Of a DNA stretch of 54,032 nt, positions 8,674 to 19,371 are shown piece by piece. The stretch's first letter is position 1, and each line of letters begins with the position of its first letter. The DNA is from Granulicella sp. (GTDB taxonomy: Bacteria > Acidobacteriota > Terriglobia > Terriglobales > Acidobacteriaceae), in assembly GCA_027339965.1 (NCBI GenBank), contig DAHWNL010000079.1:1-54032 (forward strand), written 5' to 3'. The notes under the pieces are model-generated. The model worked only from the letters and a program-made list of their open reading frames with translations, was not told the DNA's origin and searched no databases. A program made the translations under genes and the position numbers.

Positions 8674-10575
8674 CTATTCAGACGGCGCGGTTCCAGCCAT
8701 CCCCACCGACTGCCCCTCGAGCTTGGGCACGGCCACCTGCATCTCCAGATTTCTGGCCCGCTCGCGCTGCTCGGTGACGTAGGCATCGATCACTTGCGCG
8801 GCCAGCCGGGCGGCATGCTCTCCCCACACTCCATGCTCCCACAGCACAACCACCACAATGTCCGGATTGCGCCGGGGCGCCATGCCTACAAACCAGGCAT
8901 TCGGTTGAGTATCGTGGCCATGATTGGTGCGGTCCAACGCCTGGTGACTCATGACCTGCGCGGTTCCCGTCTTGCCGGAAAAATCAATCCCCGCCAGTTG
9001 ATCCATACCCGCGGTATCAAACTCTCCGGGCGTGGTGGTCTGCGCCATGGCGTCGGTGATCAACTCCCAGTTCTGCGGCGACAGCGGAATCGTCTTGTTC
9101 CCGGATCCCGGATACTCCGCCCGGATCTCCTCCCGCTCGTTCGGGCTCAACTCGCCGGGGAAGACCAGATGGGGACGCACCAGAACTCCGCCGGAGGCGA
9201 TGCCACCCAACGCTCGCGCCAGTTGCAGGGGCGTCACCTCAACCGCTCCCTGCCCGATCCCCACCGAGATTACCTCGCCCGGATACCAGGGCTGGTGCAT
9301 CACCTTTTCCTTCCACAGCACCGTGGGCATCAGCCCGGGAGCCTCGTCGGGAAGGTCAATGCCGGTCTTCTCTCCAATTCCTACGCTCTGCGCATAGTTC
9401 GCGATGGTATCGATCCCTAGCTTCTCCGCCAGGGTATAGAAGAACGTATCGCAGCTCCATGGAATCGCATGCTCGATGTCCACCAGACCATGATGCTTGT
9501 CGCAAGCATGAAACTGCCCATAGAACACGCCGCCGCCGTTGCACATCACCTTCATGTTCTGGGCCACGTTCTCCTGCAGGCCCGCCAGGCTCATGATGAT
9601 CTTGAAGGTCGAACCAGGCGCCAACTGCGCCTGGATCGCCTTGTTCATCATGGGATGGTTGGGATCCTGCATCAGCGACCGCCAGTAGGATGAGGTCAGC
9701 TTCACCGAGAACTGATTGGGATCAAACGCGGGCCGCGAGACCATGGCCAGAATCTCACCGTTGTGCGGATCCATGGCCACAATCGCCCCGGTCTTGCCCT
9801 CCATGGCGCGTTCGGCGGCCATTTGAACGTCCAGGTCGATGGTCAGCTTCAGATCGTGGCCCGGGGTCGCCAGATCCTGGCCCATCTGCCCTACCTCTTT
9901 GCCGTGCGAGTTCACTACAATGTCGCGCGAACCGTCGGTGCCGCGCAGCCAATCGTCGTACGCCTCTTCAATGCCGGACTTGCCCACCACATCGCCCGGC
10001 TCATAGGCCGCGTAGCGTTCGTCATTCAGATCGGACTCGCTCACCTCGCCCACATAACCAACCACGTGCGCGAGCACTCCATCCCGGGGATACACTCGGC
10101 GCTGCTCATCCAGCGTCTCCAGCTCCGGAAGGTCGTCCCGATGCGCCGCAATGAACGCCTGCTCATCGGGCGTGATGTCCTGCTTCAAGGGGATTGGCTG
10201 ATACTTGGGGGCGAAATGGTAGCGCCTCAACGTGGTTTGAATCTGGTTCAGAGGAAGATGCAGACCGGCGGCAATCAGCGGCAAATCAACGCGCAGATCC
10301 TTGACCTGGTCTCGCACCAGAAAGCAGGTAACCGACGGATAGTTGTCTACCAATAGCCGCCCATAACGGTCAAAGATCCGCCCTCGCGGCGCCAGAACCG
10401 GCACCCTTCGGATACGATTCTGTTCCGCCAGCACACGGTAGTTGTCCGCATCCAGAACCTGCAGCCTCCACAGCCAGCAGCCCAGCACCAACAGCACCAC
10501 CGCCACAACATACTGCGAGACGTGCAGCTTGGCCGCCGACAACTTTTCCTTGCGATCGATGCTCTCCAGATCCAT
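8674..10575 (-). CDS. mrdA: Penicillin-binding protein 2
   Basis: N-terminal TM segment, APRGRIFDR, STFK (SxxK), SCD (SxN/D) and KTGTAQ motifs; mre operon context. Confidence 0.95.
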   Translation of the reverse strand: MDLESIDRKEKLSAAKLHVSQYVVAVVLLVLGCWLWRLQVLDADNYRVLAEQNRIRRVPVLAPRGRIFDRYGRLLVDNYPSVTCFLVRDQVKDLRVDLPLIAAGLHLPLNQIQTTLRRYHFAPKYQPIPLKQDITPDEQAFIAAHRDDLPELETLDEQRRVYPRDGVLAHVVGYVGEVSESDLNDERYAAYEPGDVVGKSGIEEAYDDWLRGTDGSRDIVVNSHGKEVGQMGQDLATPGHDLKLTIDLDVQMAAERAMEGKTGAIVAMDPHNGEILAMVSRPAFDPNQFSVKLTSSYWRSLMQDPNHPMMNKAIQAQLAPGSTFKIIMSLAGLQENVAQNMKVMCNGGGVFYGQFHACDKHHGLVDIEHAIPWSCDTFFYTLAEKLGIDTIANYAQSVGIGEKTGIDLPDEAPGLMPTVLWKEKVMHQPWYPGEVISVGIGQGAVEVTPLQLARALGGIASGGVLVRPHLVFPGELSPNEREEIRAEYPGSGNKTIPLSPQNWELITDAMAQTTTPGEFDTAGMDQLAGIDFSGKTGTAQVMSHQALDRTNHGHDTQPNAWFVGMAPRRNPDIVVVVLWEHGVWGEHAARLAAQVIDAYVTEQRERARNLEMQVAVPKLEGQSVGMAGTAPSE

Positions 10576-10702
10576 CCCGCGGCCTCTGCCCCTGCTCCCT
10601 TGTGTGGCTGCTGTTTACCCTCTTCGCTCTTTGCTCTTCCTTCTTCAATCTCTCGCCTGAATCCTTGTTCTTTCTCTCCAAATCCTCTGCGCGGCTTTTG
10701 CT

Positions 10703-11227
10703 TCAATCCCGAATCCTGAACCTGTCCAGGATATAGAAGACAGGAATCGCGACCAGGCTGTTGGCCACCGCACTGAGCAGCTCACCCACCGGCAACAGTT
10801 GATAGGACGTCTCACCCAGCAGCCAGTGAGCGATGAGGTAGAGCAATCCGCTCTGGCAAAGGCTAAGCGTAAAGACGAGAGTTGCGCGATTGATCGCGTT
10901 GTCAATATCCACGGCAAACCCCAGGCTGGCGGCCACGTAGCCCACCACTCCCTTGGCAATGCCCTCCACTCCAAAGGGATGATTTGTCAGACCATCCTGA
11001 AACAGCCCAATCAGGGTTCCGGTCACGGCCCCGGCGATCGGGCTCCGGCGCGATACTGCAAAAAAGATCGTTGCAATCAGAGGCAGATCCAGATGCAGCA
11101 GCCAGGGGAAGGTCTTGGGCAGCATCGCCTGCAGCAGGATGCAGACCACCGGCGCCAGGACCGTCACGCCAGGATGAAAACCATACTGGTCCAGCTCTTC
11201 ACGTGATGTATAACTCCGCTCCGCCAT
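10703..11227 (-). CDS. mreD: Rod shape-determining protein MreD
   Basis: 174-aa hydrophobic protein with GLFQD motif, between mreC and mrdA. Confidence 0.88.
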   Translation of the reverse strand: MAERSYTSREELDQYGFHPGVTVLAPVVCILLQAMLPKTFPWLLHLDLPLIATIFFAVSRRSPIAGAVTGTLIGLFQDGLTNHPFGVEGIAKGVVGYVAASLGFAVDIDNAINRATLVFTLSLCQSGLLYLIAHWLLGETSYQLLPVGELLSAVANSLVAIPVFYILDRFRIRD

Positions 11228-11276
11228 GGTTCCTGCTCACTGGCTCCCTGGCTCCTCTTCGGGGAGCCGCTGTGGC

Positions 11277-12590
11277 CTACGGTTGCTGAGGTTGCTGATC
11301 CGGCTGATGACCGGGAGTTGCCTGGCCTTGCGCTCTGCCTGGACTCTCAGGCTGCCCTCCCGGCGTCATTTCAGTCGCCGGAAGCGTAGCTCCGGGCGAA
11401 AACCTGTCCGTATGCAATGCGGCCCGGGGTTTCGGCAGCCCGGAGTTAGCCACGCCCGGCAAGCCGCCGATCTGGCTCTCCGGGTCATCCGGAGCGGCTG
11501 GGGTCGTTCCGGCTCCGCTGCCCCTGGAGGCACCCTTGGTTTCCGCCGCGGTTCCGGCCGCGCCGTTGCCGGCCGCTTCTGCCGCTGCCGCAGAGGGCTG
11601 CAAGCCAGGCAGTTTTCTCGCAACCAGATCCGCGGCTCTCTGGCTGGCCTCGGCGGTCGCCTCCGCCGTGGCCGCGTCCTGGGCCGCGGCGGGAGGTAGC
11701 GTCGCCGAGCTTGCCGTGATGACCAGCACCTCCTCCAACCGATTCAGATCCGCGGCCGGCTTGATGGTGATGGCCGTGTAGGGCTGGTGAAGCGGATCCG
11801 GGGCGATCGACTGGATGGTCCCCACCGGCAACCCACGCGGAAAGACAAGGTCTCCGCCGGAGGTGATCACCGGCTCGCCCACCTTGATTCGGGAGTCTGC
11901 GGTGAGGTCATCGATCTGCACCTGTCCGGTTGCCGTTCCCCGCACAATGGCTCGAATCCGGGTGACGGCCAGAATGACCCCTGCGCCCGAGCTGGGATCA
12001 TTGATCAGCAGCAGTTGCGAGGTGTGCGGAAACACATCCCGGATCTTGCCCACCACGCCGTCCGGAGTAACCACCGGTTGATCCGGTTTCAGGCCATCCG
12101 CCGAGCCCTTGTCCAGATACAGAACGTGCGACCGCTCTGAGCCGCTGGTCCCAATCACCTGCGCAGCCACATTGGTCAACGCATACTGCTCCCGGAAGGC
12201 TAATAGCCGCTGAAGTCTTCGCCCTTGAGCCGCATCTTCTGCGAGCGACGCCTCTTCTTCGCGCAGCCGAGCCACCTCATTCCTGAGCGCCATGTTCTGC
12301 TGCCGCGCCTGGCGCAGATCCACGTAATCATGCCATAGGCCGCGAACTTTGGAACTGGAGATCTGCACCCCAGCCTCCAGCGGCGCGATTGCCGTCACCG
12401 TCCAGCGCCGCAGCAGAGAGACCTCCTGCCCATCGGGAGCCGAACCCTCACTCTCCATCGCTGCGCCGCCGGCCGGCCCGTCCGCGTCCCTGGCCGGGCG
12501 CTGCACCTGCATGGCCAAGGCGATAACCTGAACCAGCACAATGGCGATCAGCACCAGCGGATTTTTGAGTCGAGTGAAGAATGATTCCAT
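11277..12590 (-). CDS. mreC: Rod shape-determining protein MreC with Ala/Pro/Gly-rich C-terminal tail
   Basis: TM segment then coiled coil; LDKGSADG, GVVGKI, TSGGDLVFPRGLPVG, L..LEEVLVI. Start taken at MESFFTR (12590). Confidence 0.92.
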   Translation of the reverse strand: MESFFTRLKNPLVLIAIVLVQVIALAMQVQRPARDADGPAGGAAMESEGSAPDGQEVSLLRRWTVTAIAPLEAGVQISSSKVRGLWHDYVDLRQARQQNMALRNEVARLREEEASLAEDAAQGRRLQRLLAFREQYALTNVAAQVIGTSGSERSHVLYLDKGSADGLKPDQPVVTPDGVVGKIRDVFPHTSQLLLINDPSSGAGVILAVTRIRAIVRGTATGQVQIDDLTADSRIKVGEPVITSGGDLVFPRGLPVGTIQSIAPDPLHQPYTAITIKPAADLNRLEEVLVITASSATLPPAAAQDAATAEATAEASQRAADLVARKLPGLQPSAAAAEAAGNGAAGTAAETKGASRGSGAGTTPAAPDDPESQIGGLPGVANSGLPKPRAALHTDRFSPGATLPATEMTPGGQPESPGRAQGQATPGHQPDQQPQQP

Positions 12591-12802
12591 CGTAAGACCG
12601 AGCCCCGGCAGAGATGGCTTGCCGTTGTGGGTTCCGTGGAGCAATTGCGCGAGCACCTCCGCAGCCGGAGAGGCTGGGAAGCCGCTCCATATGGGTCCAT
12701 GCTCCCTTCCATTATTTCATCGGAACTGCCCGGCCGTGTCCACGCCGATCCTTCTGACGCGAAGAACAGCGCGGGCAGATCCTTCGCTGCTACCATCAAG
12801 CT

Positions 12803-15406
12803 GTGGCGCTTCAACTCTCCACCCCCGTCAAGTTCGTCCGGCGCATCGGCGAGCGCGTTGCCGCCGGCCTCTCGGAGCGAGGCATCGCCACGGTTGAAGA
12901 TCTCCTCTATCATCTCCCCTTCCGTTATGAGGATCGGCTCCATCCCCGGCCACTGTCGCTTTACCAGCCCGGCGAGATGGCCTCCCTGACCGGCGAGGTG
13001 CGGGGAACCGTTCTGCTCCGCACTCGCTCCGGCCCCATCTTTGAGATGACGGTGGGCATCGCGCCCCCGCTCAGCCAGCGCCCCCAAGGTCAAGGTTCGA
13101 ACAGAGGCTCGGCAGCGTCTCCCCACCTGGGGCTTTGCGGCGTTGACCCGGGGCTGGCCGGCCCTCCGCCTTTGGCCCCCGCAGAGACGGTCAAGTGCCT
13201 GTGGTTCCACGGCGCCTATCTCAAGGACAAATTTCGTCCCGGCCAGAGAATCGCCCTTTACGGCAAGCTGGAGGCCAGCCGCAGCGGCAGAGCGCCCAAC
13301 GCCCTCGGCTCCCCGCGCTTCAAGCTCATCCAACCCGTCTTTGAGATTCTGCCGGAAGGCGCACCGGGCGGAGACGGCACCTGTGAGGACACGGAGTTCA
13401 CCCTGCTCGAAATGGGCCGCATCGTACCCATCTATGAGTCCCTGGGAGGAACCACCCCCTGGGGCGCCAAGCTGACTTCACGCTGGCTGCGCCGCGTGAT
13501 GTGGACTATCTTCAAAGACCTCACCGAGTCCCAGGAGGCTGGCCTGGCCGGGGGAGCCGGCGCGGAGAAGCCCGGTTCAGAGGCAAGCCCCTCCGCGGAC
13601 ACCCTGCCTTCATCCTTGAGCCGGCGGCTCGGACTCCTCACCCGCATGGAGGCCCTGCGAAACCTGCACTTTCCTCCCGCCGACACCTCCGTCAACGATC
13701 TGATGTCAGCGCGAACCGCTGCGCATCGCCGCCTGATCTTTGAAGAGTTCTTCTATCTGGAGCTGGGGCTGGAACTCAAGCGGCGCCGGTTTCGCGAACG
13801 CCGCGGCACCACTTTTGTGACCAACGAACAGGTTCGCGCGGCCCTGAAGCAGATCCTGCCTTTCAAACCCACTGCCGCGCAGAAGCGCGTTTTGGGCGAG
13901 ATCGTCCAGGATATGCGCAGCCCACAGCCCATGCGCCGCCTGCTGCAGGGAGACGTGGGGTCCGGCAAGACCATCGTCGCTCTGCAAGCCGCGCTGGTCG
14001 CCATCGAGAACGGCTATCAAGTGGCCTTGATGGCTCCCACCTCCATCCTGGCCACCCAGCACTACCTCTACGCCCGGGAGCTGCTGGGCGACAAGAGCTC
14101 ACCTCGCCACGGACGGCGTTACCGCATCGCCCTGCTCAGCGGCGCGTTGGACGAACGCAGCAAGCGCGAAGCTGCGGGTGGCATCCTGCGCGGCGAGGTG
14201 GATCTTGCCATCGGCACCCATGCCCTGGTGCAGGAGGGCGTCGACTTCGCGCGCCTGGGTCTGGTGATCGTCGATGAGCAGCACCGTTTCGGCGTCCAGC
14301 AACGCTTCCAGCTCATCCGCAAGCCAGGCGCCACTGCCTTGAGCCCAGCAGCCAAACGCCAACCGCCGCAGCCGGACTCCCTGCTGGACGGTCCACCCCC
14401 GCTGGAGCCTCCGTCGGGTGAGCCGGACATGCTGGTGATGACCGCGACCCCCATCCCCCGCACCCTGGCGCTCACCCTCTACGGCGACCTGGAGGCCAGC
14501 GTGATCAACGAACTACCTCCCGGCCGCACCCCCATCGTCACCCGCCGCGTGGCGGAAGAGCGCGCCGAGCAAGTCTGGCAGTTTGTCCGCCGGCAGGTCA
14601 CCGCCGGCCGTCAGGCATACATCGTTTACCCCATCATCGAAGGCGACCGTGACGATGAGCCGCAACTGGACTTCGCCCTCGAAGCGGAAGATGGGGAAGA
14701 GAGGAAGGAAGACAAGGCCGGCAGGCGCGCAGCCTCAGCCGGGAAACGTTCCGGCTCGGAGCACCCGGCCAGGATGCGCTCGCCCGGCTCCGCCAAGCTC
14801 CGATCCGCCGTCGAAATGCATCGGGAGCTGCAGCAAGGCCCTTTGGCCGGCCTGCGACTTGGACTTCTCCACGGACGCCTGTCCCCGGACGACAAAGAGG
14901 TGACCATGAATCGCTTCAAGCGCGGGGAGGTGGAAGTTCTGGTCTCTACAACGGTGATCGAGGTCGGCGTGGACGTTCCTAACGCTACCGTAATGGTGAT
15001 CGAACACGCCGAGCGCTTTGGCCTGGCTCAACTGCATCAACTGCGGGGACGGGTCGGCCGCAGCGATGCTCGCAGCTACTGCATCCTGGTGACCGGAACC
15101 GACATCACGCCCGAGGCGGATCTCCGGCTGAACGCCATGGTCCAGATTCAGGACGGATTCATCCTTGCGGAGCAGGATCTGCTCCAGCGTGGTCCCGGCG
15201 AGTTCTTTGGCACCCGGCAGGCGGGCCTGCCCGACCTTCGCGTCGCCAACCTCGCCCGAGATCGGGATCTGCTTGAACTCGCCCGCCAGGAGGCGGTCCG
15301 CTTCGCGCACAGCCCCGACCCCACCATCCCGCGCGAGCAGATCGAAGGAGTCTGGTTCCGTCTTCAGCACCAGTGGCAGCGCCGCTACGGTTTGCTGGAG
15401 GCATAA
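12803..15406 (+). CDS. recG: ATP-dependent DNA helicase RecG
   Basis: DLLYHLPFRYED, RLLQGDVGSGKT, DEQHRFG, MTATPIPRTL, GVDVPNAT, QLHQLRGRVGR, RGPGEFFGTRQAG; several low-complexity insertions. Confidence 0.97.
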   Translation: MALQLSTPVKFVRRIGERVAAGLSERGIATVEDLLYHLPFRYEDRLHPRPLSLYQPGEMASLTGEVRGTVLLRTRSGPIFEMTVGIAPPLSQRPQGQGSNRGSAASPHLGLCGVDPGLAGPPPLAPAETVKCLWFHGAYLKDKFRPGQRIALYGKLEASRSGRAPNALGSPRFKLIQPVFEILPEGAPGGDGTCEDTEFTLLEMGRIVPIYESLGGTTPWGAKLTSRWLRRVMWTIFKDLTESQEAGLAGGAGAEKPGSEASPSADTLPSSLSRRLGLLTRMEALRNLHFPPADTSVNDLMSARTAAHRRLIFEEFFYLELGLELKRRRFRERRGTTFVTNEQVRAALKQILPFKPTAAQKRVLGEIVQDMRSPQPMRRLLQGDVGSGKTIVALQAALVAIENGYQVALMAPTSILATQHYLYARELLGDKSSPRHGRRYRIALLSGALDERSKREAAGGILRGEVDLAIGTHALVQEGVDFARLGLVIVDEQHRFGVQQRFQLIRKPGATALSPAAKRQPPQPDSLLDGPPPLEPPSGEPDMLVMTATPIPRTLALTLYGDLEASVINELPPGRTPIVTRRVAEERAEQVWQFVRRQVTAGRQAYIVYPIIEGDRDDEPQLDFALEAEDGEERKEDKAGRRAASAGKRSGSEHPARMRSPGSAKLRSAVEMHRELQQGPLAGLRLGLLHGRLSPDDKEVTMNRFKRGEVEVLVSTTVIEVGVDVPNATVMVIEHAERFGLAQLHQLRGRVGRSDARSYCILVTGTDITPEADLRLNAMVQIQDGFILAEQDLLQRGPGEFFGTRQAGLPDLRVANLARDRDLLELARQEAVRFAHSPDPTIPREQIEGVWFRLQHQWQRRYGLLEA

Positions 15407-15539
15407 GATCGCCGCGGCCGGCAAACAACCTCTCCGACCAGCTACGCGCCGCAACCCGATGCGCCGCAATCCGGTACCAGGGAGCGCGGCAAAACCCTCC
15501 CCCGCGAAAACGCCGCGCCGGCTCTCTCCGCGCCGCGCT

Positions 15540-15974
15540 TCAGCTCGCCATGGCCACCGGCTCTTCCAGCGCGGTCACGGGCTGCGCCTGTTTCTTCGGC
15601 CCCCTCTTCCGCGCCACCAGAATCTTGATTCGATCCAGCAGTTCAGCCGGAGAACTTGCGCCTTTGGGAAGAAAGGCGTCCGCCGCGGCGGCTCGGTCAA
15701 AGTTCGTCACCGTGCCGGACACCAGCAGCCCGGGCAGCCCCGGATGCAACTGCTTGGCCCGTCGAATCAGATCGTTTCCGTCCATCTGCGGCAGAAGCAG
15801 ATCAGCGAGCAGAAGATCCACGGAACCCTGTGCCGCCGTCTTCAGGTGCTCGAGAGCCTCCGCAGCCGTGCTGACCGCCACCACCCGGTAGCCACGCGTC
15901 TCCAGGAGAAACTTCCGCACCGAAAGCACCTGTTCGTTATCTTCCACACACAAGATCGTCTTCCGTGGTCTCAT
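15540..15974 (-). CDS. Single-domain (CheY-like) response regulator
   Basis: KTILCVEDN, DLLLADLLLPQMDG, VSG, FLPKG; GAGGAG RBS before the ATG at 15974. Confidence 0.88.
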   Translation of the reverse strand: MRPRKTILCVEDNEQVLSVRKFLLETRGYRVVAVSTAAEALEHLKTAAQGSVDLLLADLLLPQMDGNDLIRRAKQLHPGLPGLLVSGTVTNFDRAAAADAFLPKGASSPAELLDRIKILVARKRGPKKQAQPVTALEEPVAMAS

Positions 15975-16678
15975 CGATACTCCTCGCCGCCGGTCATCGC
16001 GGCTTGCCTCTCCCAAGTCCAACACAGACGGCGTCTCCGTGCGGAGTTGCGCCGAGCCCAAAACCTCTCTCAAAAAACCTTCAACCATCAGAGATCGCGT
16101 GCGCCTGCGGCGGCACATCGCATCCCCTCCAACGCCATTCGTCCGCTCCCGGCCGCAACCGGCCGCACGCGCCGACAGGGTTCGGGCCGACGGACTTGCT
16201 CAGCCGCGCTCCAGAGGCAGACCCTCCCTTCGCTGTGGAAGCTGTGGATCGCAGTGAAAAAGGTGCAAAACTCCTCTTTGACCGCTTCGCTGCCATCTTC
16301 CAGGCAGCACCCATCGACAGCCAGGCTCGAACAGGCTTCCCGGGAACGGTATGGTGGCGCGGGGCAGCTCGGCGGACCCAGGAGCTCCTGGGGGGCGTGA
16401 TTCATTTGAGCTTGAATCGCGCCGCAGAGGACAGCGTGGAAGCCTTTGCTACCCCTTCAAATTGTCAGAAAATCAGGCGAAAAATCAAACGTCCTCGGAG
16501 CCTTCTCTGGAGCCTTCTCTCGATGACGACTTGCTGAGCATACGAAGGACCAACTGCCCTGGCAACAGTGAATTTTTGGCGAAAATACGATGAGTTTGAA
16601 CTAGCGCTTCCACCGCAATCGCACATAGCCCGTGTCTGTTGGCCTTTGTGATTCCCCCGCTGTGGAAAACCTTCGATT

Positions 16679-17647
16679 TCAGGGCAGGAAAAGCCGTCCC
16701 TCTGCAACAGGAATAGTGCGCCCGGAAACTTCGACGGAGTGAACCCGGTCCCCTAGTTTGGCGGCGCGAACCAGGATTCGGCTGGGACGCCGTATCTCGG
16801 CGCCCTGCTCAATCTCCACAGTCTGCCCCGGCCGCGCCAGTCCGTGCTTCACCAGCCACGCAATGCAGCAGCCCGCCGCCGATCCGGTGGCCGGATCCTC
16901 GCCGGAGTAAAATTGCATGCGCGCGCGCCAGCGCGGATACCCATCGGTGGATTTGCCTGGCGTTGCATCCAGCCGCGCCGCGGGCTCCGCCTCCGGCGCT
17001 GCCGCTTCCACCGGCGCGATGCAATAGAAAAAGTGCGTCTCTCGTTCGGCCAGCCACGCCGCAGCCTGGCGGTGCGCCAGTTGCATTCTCTGCAAAGCGG
17101 CCACGGAACGCAGGAGAACGATGCAGAAGGGAGTGCCGGTCGAGACTGTCTGGGGAGGAAAACCGGAAGAGAGATCCTCCGCGCTGAGACCGATCAGGTT
17201 GGCCACCTCAGCCCGATCATGGGTCGCCCCAAACACCGGATCGCTTTGCAGCATCGTGGCCTGAAGACCAGCAGCCGCATCTTCTTGCGGTGCAAAGCGC
17301 ACCGGAACAGGCCCCCCGCGCAGCCGCAAGATCACGGTCTCCGTTCCTGCCTGGCCCAGCCGCGGATGACGCAGGCGCAGCCAGGCCGCCGTTCCCAAGG
17401 CCGGATGACCTGCAAACGGCAGCTCCTCCTCCATGGTGAAGATGCGCACGCGCACGCCATCGCGCGCCTCCATCTCCGGATCGCCGGGCAAGATGAAGGC
17501 TGTTTCAGAGAGGCGCATCTCACGCGCAATGCTCTGCATCTGCTGATCGGACAGCGAGCTGCCGTCGTGAAAGACCGCCAGGGGGTTGCCCTCCAAGGGG
17601 CGTTCGGCAAAGACATCCAGCGTCGAATAGTCCAGCGCGTGCGACAT
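16679..17647 (-). CDS. PhzF family isomerase
   Basis: DVFAERPLEGNPLAV, LSETAF, RIFT..EELPFAGHP, EDPATGSAAG, EQG.EI.RPS. Confidence 0.93.
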   Translation of the reverse strand: MSHALDYSTLDVFAERPLEGNPLAVFHDGSSLSDQQMQSIAREMRLSETAFILPGDPEMEARDGVRVRIFTMEEELPFAGHPALGTAAWLRLRHPRLGQAGTETVILRLRGGPVPVRFAPQEDAAAGLQATMLQSDPVFGATHDRAEVANLIGLSAEDLSSGFPPQTVSTGTPFCIVLLRSVAALQRMQLAHRQAAAWLAERETHFFYCIAPVEAAAPEAEPAARLDATPGKSTDGYPRWRARMQFYSGEDPATGSAAGCCIAWLVKHGLARPGQTVEIEQGAEIRRPSRILVRAAKLGDRVHSVEVSGRTIPVAEGRLFLP

Positions 17648-17874
17648 GCCCTACATGCTACCTCGGATGGCGCTTCATCACAGTTGCGCCGCGAAGACTG
17701 CTCCTGCCCCGGAGTTGGCCGCCCAGGAATCTCTTCCGGGGCAGTTCTTTCCTACTGCGGCAGTTATCGCGCCTTCCTGCCGCTTCGCCGGACGCTATGA
17801 AAACAGCGCGGAGTCTCCTAAACTGTAGGAAGAGCGGCGAATCGAAGCGCAGATGTTACCGGCGCAGGAGTCTG

Positions 17875-19164
17875 ATGACCTTGAAGTCCTCCTTTTCCAC
17901 CGAGAATCTACAGGACGAAGCTTTACCGGCAGCCACGGCTGAGGCTCCCATCCCAGCCGAGGATGAGGAGATCTCCCTGCTCGACCTGCTGATTGTGCTT
18001 GCCGAACACAAGCGAACCATCCTGTGGATCACGGGAACCTTTGCCATCCTTTCGGTGGTCATCTCGCTGCTCCTGCCGGTGAAGTACACTGCCAGCACCA
18101 CCCTGCTCCCCCCGGAGACAGGCTCCTCGATGTCCTCCCTGCTGTCCTCGCAGTTGGGCGCCATGGGCGGCATGGCGGCCATGGCGAGCGGAAGCCTGGG
18201 CCTGAAGAATCCCAACGACGAATACGTAGCGATGCTGCGAAGCCAGACTGTAGAAGACGCCATGGTGAAGCGATTCGGCTTGATGCAGGAGTACCACGCC
18301 CGCTATCTCTCCGTGGCTCGGAAGGATTTTGAAGGCAATGTCACTGTGGACGGCGACGGCAAAGACGGATTGATCCACATCTCCGTGGAAGATCGCAGCC
18401 CCGTTAAAGCCGCCGCCATGGCCAACGGCTATGTGAATGCTTACCGCGACCTTTCAAAGAATCTGGCCATCTCGGAAGCCTCGCGCCGCCGGCTCTTCTT
18501 CCAGCAAGAAGTGGACAAGGCCAGAACCAACCTGGCCGATGCCGAGATCGCCCTGGAACAGACCGAGCAGAAGACCGGAATCATCGCGCCGGATAGCCAG
18601 GAGAGAGCTTTGATCGATTCAGCGGCAACCCTGCGCGCCCAGATCACGGCCCTCGATGTGCAAATTCAGGGGATGCAGACTTATGCCACCGGGGAGAACG
18701 CGCAGTTGATTCAAGCCCAGCAGGAACTCTCCGGCCTGCGCGATCAGCTTGAAAAGTTGAGCGGCTCTGGAAATGTCACGACCAAAACTTCGACAGACGA
18801 GTTTCTGCTGCCCCGGGGAACGATTCCCAAGGCGGGCATGGAGTACATCCGCAGGCTGCGGGACGTAACCTACTACGAGACGATTCTGGACATTCTGGCC
18901 AGGCAGTTTGAGATGGCCAAGCTGGATGAGGCAAAAGAGGGCGCGCTGATTCAGGTGCTCGACCCGGCCATCGTCCCCGACCGGAAGTCTTTTCCAAAAC
19001 GAGCCTTGATCGTCATCGGATCGACGGTACTGGGCTTCTTCCTTGGAACCTTCCAGGCGTTGCTCCAAGCGGCCATCCAAAGGCTCCGGAGCGACCCTGA
19101 GACAAGCAGCAAACTGGCCCTGCTCAGGCGCGCGCTCTCCGTCAGATCTGCCAAGGCTCAGTAG
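17875..19164 (+). CDS. Wzz/GumC-like polysaccharide chain-length determinant (GNVR-type)
   Basis: EISLLDLL, two TM segments flanking a long coiled coil, IQVLDPA.VPD.KS.PKR. Start is uncertain (17797 or 17875). Confidence 0.85.
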   Translation: MTLKSSFSTENLQDEALPAATAEAPIPAEDEEISLLDLLIVLAEHKRTILWITGTFAILSVVISLLLPVKYTASTTLLPPETGSSMSSLLSSQLGAMGGMAAMASGSLGLKNPNDEYVAMLRSQTVEDAMVKRFGLMQEYHARYLSVARKDFEGNVTVDGDGKDGLIHISVEDRSPVKAAAMANGYVNAYRDLSKNLAISEASRRRLFFQQEVDKARTNLADAEIALEQTEQKTGIIAPDSQERALIDSAATLRAQITALDVQIQGMQTYATGENAQLIQAQQELSGLRDQLEKLSGSGNVTTKTSTDEFLLPRGTIPKAGMEYIRRLRDVTYYETILDILARQFEMAKLDEAKEGALIQVLDPAIVPDRKSFPKRALIVIGSTVLGFFLGTFQALLQAAIQRLRSDPETSSKLALLRRALSVRSAKAQ

Positions 19165-19255
19165 TGCCCCTTTGGGGTGCAGAAGCTGCCAGCTTGCGCC
19201 GGGCAGCGCTGCGCCCCGCATCCGAGAAGTACAAGACGGATGCCGGCTGCGCTCC

Positions 19256-19371
19256 TAAAGCATTTTCAGTGTTGCTGGGTACACCGGACGGGGCGTGCAG
19301 TGGCGTTTTCATTGGGGAAAACGCCCATAGAGGTCGAAGCGTCGCGTTACACCTGCACTGAAAACGCTTTA
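19256..19371 (+). mobile_element. ~116-bp MITE, copy 1
   Basis: TAAAGCATTTTCAGTG...CACTGAAAACGCTTTA (15/16 terminal IR, TA at both ends) with central hairpin GGCGTTTTC-ATTGGG-GAAAACGCC; homologous to 22502 and 30640. Confidence 0.88.
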
